Positions 8,802 through 20,686 of a stretch of DNA of 64,000 bases are shown one piece after another. Position 1 is the first letter of the stretch. Each line of letters starts with the position of its first letter. The notes beneath the pieces are model-generated. The model was not told where the DNA came from. It worked only from the letters and a program-made list of their open reading frames with translations, and did not search any database. Location of the stretch: positions 736,001 to 800,000 of the forward strand of contig CAWIYV010000011.1 of NCBI GenBank assembly GCA_963840455.1. The letters run 5' to 3'. Both the position numbers and the translations under genes were made by a program. Origin of the DNA: Nitrospirota bacterium. Its GTDB lineage: Bacteria; Nitrospirota; UBA9217.

Positions 8802-10625
8802 TTACTCCACAAAGCTCTTGAGCTGTTTGCTTCTGCTTGGGTGGCGCAGCTTGCGGAGCGCCTTGGCCTCGATCTGACGGATGCGTTCGCGGGTCACATC
8901 GAACTCCTGACCAACCTCCTCGAGCGTATGGTCCGTGTGCTCGCCGATGCCGAACCGCCACCGCAGCACCTTCTCCTCGCGGTCCGTCAGGGTATTGAGC
9001 ACCTTGCGTACCTGCAGATGCAGGTTGTTCCGGATGGCGAACTCGAGGGGCGACGCGATCTTCTTGTCCTCGATAAAGTCGCCCAGGTGGCTGTCCTCTT
9101 CCTCGCCGATAGGCGTCTCGAGGGAGATGGGCTCCTTCGCGATCTTCATGATCTTTCGGACCTTCTCCACCGGCAGCTTCATGGTGGCGGCGATCTCCTC
9201 GGTGGTGGGCTCCCTCCCCAGGTCCTGCACCAGGGCGCGCGACGTGCGGATGAGCTTGTTCATGGTCTCGATCATGTGGACCGGGATCCGGATGGTTCGC
9301 GCCTGGTCAGCGATCGCGCGGGTGATCGCCTGGCGGATCCACCACGTGGCGTAGGTGCTGAACTTGTAGCCGCGCTGCCACTCGAACTTGTCCACGGCCT
9401 TCATGAGGCCAATGTTGCCCTCCTGGATGAGGTCGAGGAACTGGAGCCCGCGGTTGGTGTACTTCTTGGCAATGGACACCACCAGCCGGAGGTTGGCCTC
9501 CACCAGCTCGCTCTTGGCGAGCTTCGCCCGCTCTTCAGCCCGCTCGTAGGCACGCAGTGCCTTTCGCAGGCTGTCCGCGGGCACGCCGCAGTCCTGCTCC
9601 ACCTTCTTGACGCGCTTGGCGGCGTTCCGGTAGGCCTTTTCCATGTCAAGCAGCGTCTCGGGCTTGATGCCCACCTTCCTGGCCGCGTTCTTGAAATCAC
9701 GTCCACCCACGCGGACCTTCCGGAAGACCTCCCGGAGCTCGGCGACGGTCCTCCCCGTCTTCCGTTCGAAGGCGTGGACCTCGCGCTCGCTCTGGTTGAT
9801 CTCGGTCACCAGCTCGCGGACCTTCATGACCAGCCGGTCCGTCTGGCGGCAATGGATGTTGAGCGCTTCGAGCTTGTCGAAGAGGGCGTATCGCGCCGTC
9901 TGCGCCTTGTCGCGGATGCTCTTTCGCTTCGCCTCGCCCAGGCGGGTGTTGGCAGCACTCTTCATGAGCGTGTTCAGGTCGCGGCTGTGCTTGTCGATCT
10001 CATTGATGAGCTTGAGCACCCGGGCCTGGAGCTCGTCCTCGTTCTGCATCTGGAGGTCCTCGAAGTCGTCATCGCCGGCGTGCACGATCTCATGGATGCT
10101 GATCTTACCCTTGCGCAGCCGGTCTCCGAGGTCGCGGACGTCCTGCATGGCGAACGGAAGGCTGTAGATGATCTGCGCCGCCTCGCGCTTGCTCTCCTCG
10201 ATCCGCTTGGCAATGGCGACCTCGCCCTCCTTGGAAAGGAGGGGCACCGTGCCCATCTCCTTGAGGTAGAGCCGGACAGGGTCGTCGGTCTTGCCGAGCC
10301 CTACGTCCACATCCTCTTCCTCGGCCTCTTCCTCGGCAGCCTCCTCGGGTCCGGCATCTTCGGTCTCGATCCCCTCCTCGACTTCCTCTTCGCCCGCAGC
10401 CCGGGCCTTGCCGTCTTGGCGGGGTGCGCCAAGCTCGATGTCCATCTCCTCATCGCCGAACAGAGAGATGATGCTATCGAGCTGCTCCGTGGAGACCTCC
10501 TCGGCCGAGATCGGCTCTGCGCCGTCCTCGAATGGGATATAGCCCTGTTCTTTGGCTCCCGAAGGTTTCTTGGCTTCTCCTGCCTTGCCCCGCTTGATCA
10601 TGCCCTTCTGTTCTGTTTTCGGCAT
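8802..10625 (-). CDS. rpoD: RNA polymerase primary sigma factor RpoD
   Basis: [59 protein letters not shown]. Confidence 0.98.
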   Translation of the reverse strand: MPKTEQKGMIKRGKAGEAKKPSGAKEQGYIPFEDGAEPISAEEVSTEQLDSIISLFGDEEMDIELGAPRQDGKARAAGEEEVEEGIETEDAGPEEAAEEEAEEEDVDVGLGKTDDPVRLYLKEMGTVPLLSKEGEVAIAKRIEESKREAAQIIYSLPFAMQDVRDLGDRLRKGKISIHEIVHAGDDDFEDLQMQNEDELQARVLKLINEIDKHSRDLNTLMKSAANTRLGEAKRKSIRDKAQTARYALFDKLEALNIHCRQTDRLVMKVRELVTEINQSEREVHAFERKTGRTVAELREVFRKVRVGGRDFKNAARKVGIKPETLLDMEKAYRNAAKRVKKVEQDCGVPADSLRKALRAYERAEERAKLAKSELVEANLRLVVSIAKKYTNRGLQFLDLIQEGNIGLMKAVDKFEWQRGYKFSTYATWWIRQAITRAIADQARTIRIPVHMIETMNKLIRTSRALVQDLGREPTTEEIAATMKLPVEKVRKIMKIAKEPISLETPIGEEEDSHLGDFIEDKKIASPLEFAIRNNLHLQVRKVLNTLTDREEKVLRWRFGIGEHTDHTLEEVGQEFDVTRERIRQIEAKALRKLRHPSRSKQLKSFVE

Positions 10626-10672
10626 ACCTGTATTCCTTCCCCCGATTTCTTCTCTGCTGCGAAGACGTTCTG

Positions 10673-12469
10673 CTATTGCGTCTCCCGCCGCCGTATCTGA
10701 ACAAGCTCTTCCTGGAGCGACCGGAGCCGCTCCCTGTCCCCGCGGGACTCCGCCTCATGGATCGCAGCGAGCAGAGACTTCATCCTCTTCGCCGAGCCGT
10801 GCTGCCTGATCCGGTCCACGCAGTCCGCGCAGGTCTTTTCCAAGCTCACCTTCTGGTTCTGGTCCGTTCCTGTCTGGTCGCTGTAGGCTATCTCCAGAAC
10901 GCTGTAATGGGAAATGAGCCGGCCCAGCTCGTCGTCCCCCGGGACGGCCAGCGAGCGCGGATGGAGCTCCCCGCCGCTCTTCATGACCGAGAAGATCCGC
11001 TCGGCGGCCCGCCGGTAGAGCGGGTCCGTGAAGTCCTCGGGGGTGATCTGCTCCGACAGGGTCCGGGCGATGGTCTCGTCCCTCAACATGAGGTGGATCA
11101 GCATTTCCTCGGCACGGGGCCGCTGGCCCTTGTGCGGCGTCGTCCCTGCCGCGGTCCGCTCTCGCGGTCCCGCATGCGCAGTGCGCTGCTTCGTCATCTC
11201 CTGGCGCAGCAGTCCCTCGTCCACGTCCAGGGCCTCGGCGGTCCGTTTGAGATAGTGGTCCCGCTCGATGCCCGAGGGGAGCTTGGCGATGAATCCCAGC
11301 ATCTCGCCTGCCTGCTCTACCTTCTCGTCAATGGACGTCGTGGACCCGCTCCGCACTACCTGGCCGAGGACGAAGTCCATGAACTTCACCGATCCCTTGA
11401 GGCAGGATGCGAAGGCCTCGTAGCCATTCTTCTTCAGGAACGTGTCCGGGTCATCGCCGTCGGGCAGCGACACCACGTTCACCTTCATCCCGCTCCCGGC
11501 GAAAAGCTCGAACCCGCGGAGGGTGGCCTTCACGCCTGCCGGGTCCGGATCGAAGATCAGCATGAGCTTCTGGGCGAACCGCCGCATGAGCCGCAGATGA
11601 CCGTCCGTGAGCGCCGTGCCGAGCGTGGCCACGGCATTCTTCGCGCCGTACTGGTGACAGGCTATCGCATCGAGGTATCCCTCAACGATGATGAAGTAGC
11701 CCTGCTTTCTCGCCGGTTCCTTCGCCTGGTCCAGGCAATAAAGCACGTTGCTCTTGCTGTAGAGCGGCGTTTCGGGAGAGTTTAGGTACTTGGGCAGGGA
11801 GTCGTCCATCACCCTGCCGCCGAAGGCGATCACATGGCCGCTGATGTCCCGGATGGGAAAGATGATCCTGCCCCGGAACCGGTCATAGTGGCCCTCTCCC
11901 TCGCTCCGCTTGACGATGAGCCCCGCCCTCTCCAGAAGCGTCGGCGGATGGCCCTTCTGGCGGAGGTGTTTGAGCAGCCCGTCCCACTCAGGCCGCGCGT
12001 ACCCCAGGGAAAAATCCCTGATGACGGTTTCGGTCAGGCCCCGTTTCGCGAGGTACGCCCGCGCCGCGCTCCCGGCAGGACCCTCGAGCTCGCGCAGGAA
12101 GTAGTCGGCTGCCTCCGCGATGATCTTGAGGAGCGCCTTACGCTCGTCATCGCTCTTCTTTTCGTCGGCGCGCGGCCGGCTCTCGGGGAGCGTGATGCCG
12201 GCGCGGCTAGCGAGCTGCTTCACCGCCTCGGGGAAGTTCAGCCCCTCCTGCAGTTCCAGGAACTTGAAAGCGTCGCCACCGACACCGCATCCGAAGCAGT
12301 GAAAGATCTGCTTCGCCGGATTCACATTGAATGACGGTGTTTTCTCGCTGTGGAACGGGCAGAGCCCCAGCCAGTTCTTGCCCGCTTTCTTAAGCGAAAC
12401 ATACCCTGAGACAACGTCGTAGATGTCGACACTGTCCCGCACCCGACGTATGACATCTTCACTATACAC
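10673..12469 (-). CDS. dnaG: DNA primase
   Basis: CPFH...CFGC zinc finger, [27 protein letters not shown]. Confidence 0.98.
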   Translation of the reverse strand: MYSEDVIRRVRDSVDIYDVVSGYVSLKKAGKNWLGLCPFHSEKTPSFNVNPAKQIFHCFGCGVGGDAFKFLELQEGLNFPEAVKQLASRAGITLPESRPRADEKKSDDERKALLKIIAEAADYFLRELEGPAGSAARAYLAKRGLTETVIRDFSLGYARPEWDGLLKHLRQKGHPPTLLERAGLIVKRSEGEGHYDRFRGRIIFPIRDISGHVIAFGGRVMDDSLPKYLNSPETPLYSKSNVLYCLDQAKEPARKQGYFIIVEGYLDAIACHQYGAKNAVATLGTALTDGHLRLMRRFAQKLMLIFDPDPAGVKATLRGFELFAGSGMKVNVVSLPDGDDPDTFLKKNGYEAFASCLKGSVKFMDFVLGQVVRSGSTTSIDEKVEQAGEMLGFIAKLPSGIERDHYLKRTAEALDVDEGLLRQEMTKQRTAHAGPRERTAAGTTPHKGQRPRAEEMLIHLMLRDETIARTLSEQITPEDFTDPLYRRAAERIFSVMKSGGELHPRSLAVPGDDELGRLISHYSVLEIAYSDQTGTDQNQKVSLEKTCADCVDRIRQHGSAKRMKSLLAAIHEAESRGDRERLRSLQEELVQIRRRETQ

Positions 12470-12470
12470 C

Positions 12471-14855
12471 TTATTTTTTCAACTCCACAACAGCTACCCC
12501 GGCCCCGCCCTCGGCGGGCTCACCGGACCGGAAGGATGCGACGAGGGGATTGCCCTTCAGAAACTCCGTCACTGCTGCCTTGAGCGCTCCTGTGCCGAGT
12601 CCGTGGATGATCATGACCTGATGGAACCCCTGAACGCCCGCCCGGTCAATGAACCGCTCCACTTCGGCGAGCGCGTCGTCCACGCGCAGGCCGAGGAGGT
12701 TCACGCGGTCAGGCATGCCTTCGCGCTCCACAAGGTCCGCGCCCCACCCTGACGCCGGACCGGCCTGCCTTATCTCCGCAACCTGTTCGTCCGGAACCAC
12801 GTCTCGAATCGGGAGCCTGAGCTTCAGGCCGTCGGCGTCGATCTCGAGCACATTGCCGTGCGCGAACAGCACGGTGCCCGTCTTCTTGAGCTTCGGGACC
12901 CGTACCCGGTCGCCGGGACGGATCTTTCCGTGAACAACCGGGGGCAGTTCATCCGGTCCCTCGTCCGCCGGTTCAAGCTTCTTCACCAGGGCCTCGATCT
13001 CCCGGCGTTCCTGCGCGACCGTTGCCCGGTCAAGCATTGCGGTGCCGGACAGGTCCTTCAGTTTCCGCCGGAGGTCTGCGAGCACCTCGCGAGCCTCCTG
13101 CCTTGCTTTCTCCTTGGCGGTCCGCATGTCCTCGGACGCATTCCTCAGGAGCTGCTCGGTTTCCGACTTGAAGCGGTGCGCCGCGGCCAGGTCCTGCTCC
13201 GCCTGCTGCCGTTCGGACCGGAGCTTCCTTGCATCCTCTTCTACCTGCTCCAGGAGCCGGTCGAGGTCGGCCTCGTCGCTGGTGAGACGCGAGCGGGCGT
13301 CCTGCACGACGCTGTCCGGTACTCCGAGCCGGGCCGCCATGTCCAGTCCGTAGCTCCTGCCCGGCCTTCCCAGGATGAACCGGTAGGTTGGTTTCAGTGT
13401 CTCGGGGTCGAACTCCATGGCCCCGTTGACCGCGCCGTTGGTATGGGCCCCGAAAAGCTTGAGCGCGCTGTGGTGCGTGGTGATGACGCTCATGCCGTTA
13501 CATTCAAGCAGCCTCGTAAGGACCGCTGCGCCCAGGGCCGCACCCTCCGCAGGGTCCGTGCCCGAGCCCAGCTCATCGAGCAGGACGAGGGAATCCTTTC
13601 CCGCCTCGTTGAGGATCCCTGCGATCTGGCCTACGTGGGAGGAGAATGTGCTCAGGTCCTGCTCAAGGCTCTGCTCGTCGCCGATGTCGGCGAAGATGCC
13701 GCTGAAGACCGGAAGTTCGCTCCCCTCTGCCGCGGTCACCGGGATGCCTGCCTGCGCAATAAGGCAAAGGAGGCCGATGGTCTTGAGGACGACGGTCTTG
13801 CCGCCGGCGTTCGGCCCGCTGATGATGAGTGCCCGGCTGTTCCCGGACAGGTTGATGTCGTTCGGGACCGCGTCCTGCGCTGCGGCGCCCGCTTTGCGCT
13901 TTGCAACGATCAGCGGGTGGCGCGCGGCGCGAAGAGCAATCCCGCCGTGTTCGGAAAGCTCCGGCACGACCGCCTTGAACTCGACACCGAACCGCGCACG
14001 CGCCGTGATAGCGTCGATGTCCGCCGCGGCCTCGACCGATTCCCCGATAACGGCCGCGTCCTGTGCCGCTAACGCCGAAAGCTCCCGCAGGATGCGCTCC
14101 GTCTCCTCGCGTTCTTCCATGCGGAGCTCGGCGAGCCGGTTGTTCTGCTCCACGACCTCGAGCGGCTCGACGAAGAGTGTCGCGCGCGAACCGGAGTGGC
14201 CGTGCACGACACCCTTGATGCTCTGCCGGAAGTTCGGTTTGAGCGGCATCACGTACCGGTCATCGCGGACCGTGATCAGCTGCTCCTGGACCACGTTCTT
14301 CGCATCCTCGTTCCGGAGGATGCGCGACAGGCGGTCCATGATAGTGTCCCGCGTCCGGCCGATGAGCTTCCGGACCCTGCGGAGCTCGGGGCTGGCCGAG
14401 TCCCGGACCTCGCCGGTCTCGTCGATCGCCGCGTGCACCGCGTCCTCAAGGGGCTTGAGCGGCGTGATCTTCGCCGCCCGCGCGCACAGGAGCGGCGCTG
14501 CGCGCCGCCCCGTCGCATCGCCCTCGAAGCGCTGGCAAAAGGCCTTGAGCCTGCGCGCCGCGGCAAGTGTCGCCGCGATTGCGAGCAGCTCGCCGGGCGG
14601 GAGCATCACACCGGTCGCGCGGAGCTTCTCAAGCAAGGGACCGATGTCCCCGATGGCATCCAGTGGCGGGTGCTCGCCCGCGGCAAATATCCCGAGGAGT
14701 TCCTGCGTTTCCGCAAGCCGCTCCGCAACGGTGTCCGGGTCAGGCGAGGGAAGGAGCCGGAGGACCGCCGCCCGTCCGGGCTCCGAGGCCGCGAAGCGGG
14801 CCATGATCTCCCGAACCTTGTCGTACTCCAGGACCTTGAGTGCGTGGTCGTTCAT
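12471..14855 (-). CDS. mutS2: Endonuclease MutS2
   Basis: GPNAGGKT, LDELGSGTDP, C-terminal Smr domain IIHGLGTG. Confidence 0.95.
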   Translation of the reverse strand: MNDHALKVLEYDKVREIMARFAASEPGRAAVLRLLPSPDPDTVAERLAETQELLGIFAAGEHPPLDAIGDIGPLLEKLRATGVMLPPGELLAIAATLAAARRLKAFCQRFEGDATGRRAAPLLCARAAKITPLKPLEDAVHAAIDETGEVRDSASPELRRVRKLIGRTRDTIMDRLSRILRNEDAKNVVQEQLITVRDDRYVMPLKPNFRQSIKGVVHGHSGSRATLFVEPLEVVEQNNRLAELRMEEREETERILRELSALAAQDAAVIGESVEAAADIDAITARARFGVEFKAVVPELSEHGGIALRAARHPLIVAKRKAGAAAQDAVPNDINLSGNSRALIISGPNAGGKTVVLKTIGLLCLIAQAGIPVTAAEGSELPVFSGIFADIGDEQSLEQDLSTFSSHVGQIAGILNEAGKDSLVLLDELGSGTDPAEGAALGAAVLTRLLECNGMSVITTHHSALKLFGAHTNGAVNGAMEFDPETLKPTYRFILGRPGRSYGLDMAARLGVPDSVVQDARSRLTSDEADLDRLLEQVEEDARKLRSERQQAEQDLAAAHRFKSETEQLLRNASEDMRTAKEKARQEAREVLADLRRKLKDLSGTAMLDRATVAQERREIEALVKKLEPADEGPDELPPVVHGKIRPGDRVRVPKLKKTGTVLFAHGNVLEIDADGLKLRLPIRDVVPDEQVAEIRQAGPASGWGADLVEREGMPDRVNLLGLRVDDALAEVERFIDRAGVQGFHQVMIIHGLGTGALKAAVTEFLKGNPLVASFRSGEPAEGGAGVAVVELKK

Positions 14856-14909
14856 GATCGGGAATGCCGCGGCCCGGGTCGTCCTCGGTCCGTCCTGCTC
14901 ACGGCTCCA

Positions 14910-14951
14910 GAAAAAAATAACAGGGGGCCCCGGTCCTCGTGGCCCCCTGTT
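14910..14951 (-). terminator. Terminator after yqeY-like gene
   Basis: aacagggggcc...ggccccctgtt with A-run. Confidence 0.65.
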
Positions 14952-14996
14952 CTGCTGAACTGTTTCCGTGAGTCACTTCTCCATACCGCCAAGTCC

Positions 14997-15440
14997 CTAC
15001 ACCAATGAGCTTTTGACCAGTTCGCTCACCAGCTTGTTGTCCGCCCGTCCCGCGAGGAGAGGCACCAGGGCCTTCATGACCTTGCCCATGTCCTTCGCTC
15101 CCTGCGCGCCGGTCTGTGCGATGACGTCGCGAACGATCTTCTCGATCTCCTCGCGGGCCATCTGCTGGGGCAGGTACACCTCAAGGACGGCGACCTCCGC
15201 CGCCTCCTTGTCCACCAGGTCCTGTCTGCCGCCCTTGGCAAACTGCTCGATGGAGTCCTTGCGCTGCTTGATGAGGGAACGCACGGTGTCGACGATCTCT
15301 CCGTCAACAAGCGGCGCCCGCTTCTCGATCTGTTTGTTCTTGAGTGCGGCGGAGAGCATCCGCAGGGCCGAAACCTTGTCCTTGGCGCCGGATTTCATGG
15401 CGCTTTTGATATCGACGTCGATCTGATCCCGTAGTCCCAT
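14997..15440 (-). CDS. GatB/YqeY domain protein
   Basis: KQRKDSIEQF...YLPQQM...DMGKVM; downstream of rpsU. Confidence 0.93.
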   Translation of the reverse strand: MGLRDQIDVDIKSAMKSGAKDKVSALRMLSAALKNKQIEKRAPLVDGEIVDTVRSLIKQRKDSIEQFAKGGRQDLVDKEAAEVAVLEVYLPQQMAREEIEKIVRDVIAQTGAQGAKDMGKVMKALVPLLAGRADNKLVSELVKSSLV

Positions 15441-15447
15441 CTGCGTC

Positions 15448-15648
15448 CTATCCGTTCCTGAACATGCGAGCGGTCTTCGCGGCCTTCTTCCTCGCCGCGA
15501 TCGCCTTCTTCTTCCGCTTCACGCTCGGCTTCTCATATGCCTCGCGCTTCTTCACCTCGGAAAGGATGCCTTCCTTTTCGATGCTCTTCTTGAACCTGCG
15601 GAGCGCTGCTTCAAACGGCTCATTGTCTCGTAATCGTATGCTCGGCAC
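15448..15648 (-). CDS. rpsU: 30S ribosomal protein S21
   Basis: ALRRFKK...[11 protein letters not shown]; GTG start (alternative 15660). Confidence 0.95.
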   Translation of the reverse strand: MPSIRLRDNEPFEAALRRFKKSIEKEGILSEVKKREAYEKPSVKRKKKAIAARKKAAKTARMFRNG

Positions 15649-15865
15649 TTTTACCTGCACCCCCCTCCTGGCTGTATCTTTATGATAATATTGATAAATA
15701 TTTTAAAAGACCCTGCAAAAAAGAACCTATTGAGACCTGATCAGAACGCTTGTAAAGATTAAAATTAACAACTCCGCCCTATCTTGTCAAGGGAAATATT
15801 GCTTTTTTTCTTATATTTTTGCAGAGTTCCGAGCACTGCAACTCGTCACCGAGGAAGACGGATCG

Positions 15866-17071
15866 TCAACTCCGGTAGGCTGCATTGATCTTCACATATT
15901 CCGTGGAAAGATCGCAGGTCCATATCGTGGATTCACCCTTCCCCTTGTGCAGGTCAATGCCAATGTGGACCTCCCGCTGCTTCAGCGCCGCTGAAGCTTC
16001 CTTCTCGGCGTGCTTACCCATGCTCACCCCTTTTTCCACGAGCTTCGACTTGCCAAAGGAGATGTCGGTCCGCGCCTCGTCCATATCGACGCCGCAGCTC
16101 CCCAGGACGGCCATGATCCGCCCCCAGTTCGCGTCCTCACCGAAGAGGGCTGTCTTGACCAGGCTGGACTTCGCAACGGCAGAGGCCGCGCGCCTTGCCT
16201 CGACAGGGTTCTTCGCACCGCGGACCATGATCTCCACGAACTTCGTTGCACCCTCGCCGTCCTTCACCACCTGCATCGCAAGGGACCGGGTCACTGCATC
16301 GAGGCACGCCTGCAGCTTCTTGTAGTCCTTCGTACCCGGCGCGACCCGCTTGTTGCCTGCGGCGCCGTTGGCCATGCACAGGACCATGTCGTTGGTGCTG
16401 GTGTCTCCGTCCACGGTGATCACGTTGAACGACCGGTCAACGGAGGAGGTCAGCATCTTCCTGAGCATGGGCGCTGCGATGAGCGTGTCGGTCACGATAA
16501 AACAGAGCATGGTGGCCATGTCGGGGTGGATCATGCCGGAGCCCTTGGCGATGCCGGCAAGCGTGATGGTCTTTCCGCCGATCTCCTCCTGGACAACGGC
16601 GATCTTGGCATAGATGTCCGTCGTCATGATGGCCTCGGCCGCCTGTCCCCATCCGGCCGGCGACAGGAGCCCCGCGGCGGTCGCGACGCCGGTTCTGATC
16701 TTCGGAACCGGGAGCATCTCCCCGATGACACCGGTGGAGGCAACATAGACCAGGTCGGGCTTCGTGCCGAACTCGTTCGCCACGATCTCCGCCGTCTCGC
16801 GGGCGTCAAGGTGGCCCTGCTTTCCGGTGCAGGCATTGGCGCACCCGCTATTGGCAACAATGATCCTTCCCTTGCCGGACCTCACCTTGGCCATGCCGAT
16901 CACCACTGATGCCGCCTTGACCCGGTTCTTCGTGAATACGCCCGCTATGGATGCCTCACGGTCCGAGATGATGATAGCCAGGTCCTTCTTGTCGGTCTTC
17001 TTGATCCCGCAATGGATCCCCCAGGCCTTGTAGCCTGGTACGGAAAAGTTCTTTGCGTCGAGATTTTTCAT
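15866..17071 (-). CDS. argJ: Bifunctional ornithine acetyltransferase/N-acetylglutamate synthase
   Basis: KGSGMIHPDMATML, DGDTSTND, DGEGATK, YVKINAAYRS. Confidence 0.97.
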   Translation of the reverse strand: MKNLDAKNFSVPGYKAWGIHCGIKKTDKKDLAIIISDREASIAGVFTKNRVKAASVVIGMAKVRSGKGRIIVANSGCANACTGKQGHLDARETAEIVANEFGTKPDLVYVASTGVIGEMLPVPKIRTGVATAAGLLSPAGWGQAAEAIMTTDIYAKIAVVQEEIGGKTITLAGIAKGSGMIHPDMATMLCFIVTDTLIAAPMLRKMLTSSVDRSFNVITVDGDTSTNDMVLCMANGAAGNKRVAPGTKDYKKLQACLDAVTRSLAMQVVKDGEGATKFVEIMVRGAKNPVEARRAASAVAKSSLVKTALFGEDANWGRIMAVLGSCGVDMDEARTDISFGKSKLVEKGVSMGKHAEKEASAALKQREVHIGIDLHKGKGESTIWTCDLSTEYVKINAAYRS

Positions 17072-17176
17072 GGGTCCTGTCCTTTATCGTAAAGCGTTCC
17101 TGCCGCGGAGGCGGCAGATGTAACGAAGCGCATGACGGTAGAACTGCGCGGCCTTCCTGAACTGTGCCGTGACTGA

Positions 17177-17205
17177 CCTGCGGCTCGACTGAGCTCGCTG
17201 ATGTC
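17177..17205. repeat. Short REP-like element
   Basis: cggctcgactgagctcgctgatgtc between argC and argJ. Confidence 0.4.
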
Positions 17206-17232
17206 CTCCCTGATGGAATGATGCTGCTGTCC

Positions 17233-18285
17233 CTACGGGCAGAGCCCCGCGAACTTGAGGCCCGCGGTCTCTTCGAACCCCATCATAAGATTCATGTTCT
17301 GGACCGCCTGGCCAGATGCACCCTTCACCAGGTTGTCGATGGCAGTCACGATCACGGCGCGGCCTGTGCGGACGTCGGAGTGCACGCCGATGTCGCAGAA
17401 GTTCGAACCCCGCACATTCCGGACGTTCGGGAATTGCCCGAGCGGAAGTAACCGTACGAACGGCTCGTTCCGGTAAAATTCCTGGAAGACAGCGTGGAGC
17501 GATCCGGTGTCCGCAGGCCCAGTGAGCTTCGCATAGATCGTCGACAGGATGCCCCTGGTCATCGGCACGAGGTGGGGTGTGAATGAGAGCACCACCGATG
17601 CGCCTGCAAGGAGCGACAGCTCCTGCTCGATCTCCGGCGTGTGACGGTGGGTCCCCACCTTGTATGCCATGAAGCCCTCGTTCGCCTCCGGGTAATGGTA
17701 GGCAAGCGCCGGGCTCCTGCCCGCGCCCGAGACCCCGGACTTGGAATCGACCACAATGGTGCCGACGTCGATCATCTTCTTCGCGACGACCGGTGCGAGG
17801 CCGAGGATGGCGCTCGTGGGGTAACAGCCCGGGTTCGCGATGAGCGATGCCTTCCTGATCCTCTCGCGATGAAGCTCCGGGAGCCCGTACACCGCGCTTT
17901 TCAGGAGGTCGGGATACTGGTGGCAATGCTCGTACCATGTCTCGTACAGCGCCGGGTCCGCCAGCCGGTAATCGGCCGAGAGGTCAACGACCTTGACGCC
18001 CAACTTGCGGAGCTGGAAAGCCGCCTCCTGCGCGGTCACGTGCGGCAGGGCAAGGAACGCAAGGTCCGCCTTCTTCGCGATGGACGCGGGGTCCAGCGGC
18101 TCGCAAATAAGGTCCGAGAGCCCCAGGAGATGCGGAAAGATGTCGGTGATCGGCTTGCCGGCCGACTTTTCCGAGGTCACGACCGTAACTTCAGCACTGG
18201 GATGATACAGCAGGATGCGGTACAGTTCCCCGCCGGTGTACCCGCTGGAACCCACGATGGCTATTTTGAGCTTATCGTTCTTCAT
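17233..18285 (-). CDS. argC: N-acetyl-gamma-glutamyl-phosphate reductase
   Basis: [40 protein letters not shown]; start moved to MKNDK. Confidence 0.97.
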   Translation of the reverse strand: MKNDKLKIAIVGSSGYTGGELYRILLYHPSAEVTVVTSEKSAGKPITDIFPHLLGLSDLICEPLDPASIAKKADLAFLALPHVTAQEAAFQLRKLGVKVVDLSADYRLADPALYETWYEHCHQYPDLLKSAVYGLPELHRERIRKASLIANPGCYPTSAILGLAPVVAKKMIDVGTIVVDSKSGVSGAGRSPALAYHYPEANEGFMAYKVGTHRHTPEIEQELSLLAGASVVLSFTPHLVPMTRGILSTIYAKLTGPADTGSLHAVFQEFYRNEPFVRLLPLGQFPNVRNVRGSNFCDIGVHSDVRTGRAVIVTAIDNLVKGASGQAVQNMNLMMGFEETAGLKFAGLCP

Positions 18286-18301
18286 GGTTAATATGGTTAA
18301 T

Positions 18302-18330
18302 AAAAAAGGGAAGGCATCTTCACCTTCCCT
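18302..18330 (-). terminator. Terminator after rplM-rpsI
   Basis: agggaagg...ccttccct with A6 run. Confidence 0.6.
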
Positions 18331-18427
18331 CGATCGTTCAATAACAGGGTGCACGTCCTCAATGTGATCGCTAGCCCTCTCCGGGGGTCCGCCCGGGAAA
18401 CGAACAGCCCCCTCGCAAAGCCCCGGT

Positions 18428-18829
18428 TTACCGCTTCGAGAACTGGAACCGTGCGCGGGCGCCCTTCTGCCCGTACTTCTTGCGCTCTTTTTTCCGGGGG
18501 TCTCGGGTAAGCAGCCCTTCCTTGCGCAGCTTGCCCTTTGCCTCGGTGTCCACAGCAAGCAGCGCCTTGGAAATACCGTGCCGGATGGCGCCGGCCTGGC
18601 CCGAGGACCCGCCGCCGACCACCGTGGCAAGAACATCGTATTTATCCACCGTGCCCGTCACTTCAAAGGGCTGGCGAATGATCATCTTGAGCACGTCCCG
18701 GCCGAAGTACTGGTCAGACGTACGGTCATTGATCGTGATCTTCCCGCTGCCGGGCATCATCCACACCCGCGCGATGGAATTCTTCCGTTTGCCGGTCGCA
18801 TAGAACCGTGATACCGCTGCTGCTGACAT
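18428..18829 (-). CDS. rpsI: 30S ribosomal protein S9
   Basis: TGKRK...[15 protein letters not shown]...QFSKR. Confidence 0.98.
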   Translation of the reverse strand: MSAAAVSRFYATGKRKNSIARVWMMPGSGKITINDRTSDQYFGRDVLKMIIRQPFEVTGTVDKYDVLATVVGGGSSGQAGAIRHGISKALLAVDTEAKGKLRKEGLLTRDPRKKERKKYGQKGARARFQFSKR

Positions 18830-18882
18830 TCAATCCCCTCCGTTTGTCGCGGGCCTGGGGCCCACGCGTTGAACTTCGCTTA

Positions 18883-19311
18883 TCAGAACTTCATCTCCGC
18901 CGGCTGCTGCGCCGCGTGCGGATGCTTGTCGCCTGCATAGACCTTGAGCTTGGAAAGCATCTGCTTGCCGAGCCGGGTCTTGGGGAGCATGCCCTCCACC
19001 GCCATCTTGAGCACCCGCTCGGGCTTGGTCTTCATCAGCTTGCCCGCCGTGACGGACTTGAGGCCGCCAGGATAGCCGGAATGACTGTAATAGGTCTTCT
19101 GGTCCAGCTTCTTTCCGGTGAGGTGGATCTTGTCGACGTTCACAACGATCACGAAATCGCCGGTGTCCACATGGGTGGTGTAGATGGGCTTTGTCTTGCC
19201 CTTGAGCACCGAAGCGATACGGCTTGCAAGCCTGCCGAGGGTCTTCCCGTTGGCGTCCACGACGAACCAGCTTCTCTTCACATCTTCTGCTTTTGCCGAA
19301 ACCGTAGCCAT
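18883..19311 (-). CDS. rplM: 50S ribosomal protein L13
   Basis: WFVVDA...LGRLAS...HSGYPGG...HPHAAQQP. Confidence 0.98.
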   Translation of the reverse strand: MATVSAKAEDVKRSWFVVDANGKTLGRLASRIASVLKGKTKPIYTTHVDTGDFVIVVNVDKIHLTGKKLDQKTYYSHSGYPGGLKSVTAGKLMKTKPERVLKMAVEGMLPKTRLGKQMLSKLKVYAGDKHPHAAQQPAEMKF

Positions 19312-19346
19312 AATATCCGCCTTTGAAAACGATTTTGAGAAATGTG

Positions 19347-19375
19347 AATATAAACAAGTTGATGATATTTGTCAA
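19347..19375 (-). promoter_or_regulatory. Sigma70 promoter of rplM
   Basis: TTGACA-17 nt-TATATT. Confidence 0.7.
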
Positions 19376-19606
19376 GCGTTTTTATGGACGGATAGTAAGA
19401 AATGTAGCGAGACCCGACCATGCGTATTTCGATAAATCGCATTAAATCAGCTTGTTAGGTGAACCATTGATCAATGACCGCCCTCCCGGGAAGGAATTGA
19501 CGCCCTGCACCTGAAGCCGAAAAGGGTAAACTTCGCCAGATGGTGCGCCTTTAGGATGCCGCTCATGACCATAACGCTGTTTTTTCCCATCTTAAGCACT
19601 TTTTCC

Positions 19607-19635
19607 TTGAACCCTCCGGGGGAGTATGGTATTTT
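19607..19635 (+). promoter_or_regulatory. Sigma70 promoter of rpsB
   Basis: TTGAAC-17 nt-TATTTT with extended TG. Confidence 0.5.
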
Positions 19636-19675
19636 AAGGGTCGCCTTTTTAACATTTGAGAAGGCTATCTCAAAA

Positions 19676-19760
19676 TCCACACGCGCCCGGGACCTGCTGC
19701 AGGGTGCCCTGTCGGGAAAACAGGGTCTGCTGCGGGGATGATCGGCGCGGAGGGAAAACC
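19676..19760 (+). ncRNA. rpsB leader RNA (t44-like)
   Basis: ACACGCGC...AGGGTGCC...GGGATGA...GCGCGGAGG...AAACC immediately 5' of rpsB. Confidence 0.65.
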
Positions 19761-19775
19761 AGAAGGGGGGACACT

Positions 19776-20564
19776 ATGTCCACGATCACGATGAAGGAGT
19801 TGCTGGAAGCGGGGGTTCACTTCGGCCACCAGGCCAAGCGCTGGAATCCCAAGATGAAGAAGTACATCTTCGGAGAACGGAACGGGATCTACATTATCGA
19901 TCTCCAGAAGACCCTCAAGCTGTTCAAGGAAGCCTACGATTTCGTCCGCAATTCCTCCGCCCAGGGCAAGGATATCCTGTTCGTCGGCACCAAGAAACAG
20001 GCCCAGGATGCCATCACCGAAGAGGCCAAGCGCTGCGGGATGTATTACATCTCGAGCCGCTGGCTCGGCGGCATGCTCACCAACTACGCCACCATCAAAA
20101 AGAGCATCGATCGTCTCAAGAAGATCGAAAAGATGAAAGAGGACGGCACCTACGACAAGCTCACCAAGAAGGAAGTCGCCCGTCTGGAGAAAGAGCGCAC
20201 GAAGCTCGAGAAGATCCTCATCGGCATCAAGACCATGCCCGGGCTGCCGTCCCTCATGTTCGTCATCGATCCCCGCAACGAGCAGATCGCCGTGCAGGAA
20301 GCGAACCGCCTCGGCATTCCCGTCGTGGCCGTGGTCGATACCAACTGCGACCCCGACAACATCGACTATGTCATCCCGGGCAACGATGACGCCATCAGGG
20401 CCATCCGCCTCATGTCCTCCAAGATCGCCGATGCCGTCATCGAGGGCCGGCAGGCGATCGCCAAGGAAGCAGGGGCTGCTATGGAGGCCGCCAAGTCAGC
20501 AGGCGCCGCTGATCTTGCCGAGGTACCCGCGGCAGCTGCGGACGTCGTAGCGGACGAGGAATAA
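19776..20564 (+). CDS. rpsB: 30S ribosomal protein S2
   Basis: [10 protein letters not shown]...RWLGGMLTN...[10 protein letters not shown]. Confidence 0.98.
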   Translation: MSTITMKELLEAGVHFGHQAKRWNPKMKKYIFGERNGIYIIDLQKTLKLFKEAYDFVRNSSAQGKDILFVGTKKQAQDAITEEAKRCGMYYISSRWLGGMLTNYATIKKSIDRLKKIEKMKEDGTYDKLTKKEVARLEKERTKLEKILIGIKTMPGLPSLMFVIDPRNEQIAVQEANRLGIPVVAVVDTNCDPDNIDYVIPGNDDAIRAIRLMSSKIADAVIEGRQAIAKEAGAAMEAAKSAGAADLAEVPAAAADVVADEE

Positions 20565-20686
20565 GCGCTCGACCGCACCGTGCTTCGCGTTGAACAGTTG
20601 CATGGTCGATCGACATGCTCCGGAACCGGCGGCATGGTGCAGCAAATCAGTATCAAACAATAACGAGGAAGGGGATCACACATACC

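Noticed and set aside
8637-10700. 687-aa + strand ORF and similar long ORFs (1340-2722, 13417-14958, 47239-49041, 59647-61095)
   Set aside because: Antisense shadows of well-supported high-GC genes; no motifs or RBS.
18286-18636. Long N-terminal extensions in the ORF track (argC, ALDH, rpsB, tsf, mutY, porin)
   Set aside because: Overlap neighbouring genes or terminators; downstream ATGs match family N-termini and RBS positions.
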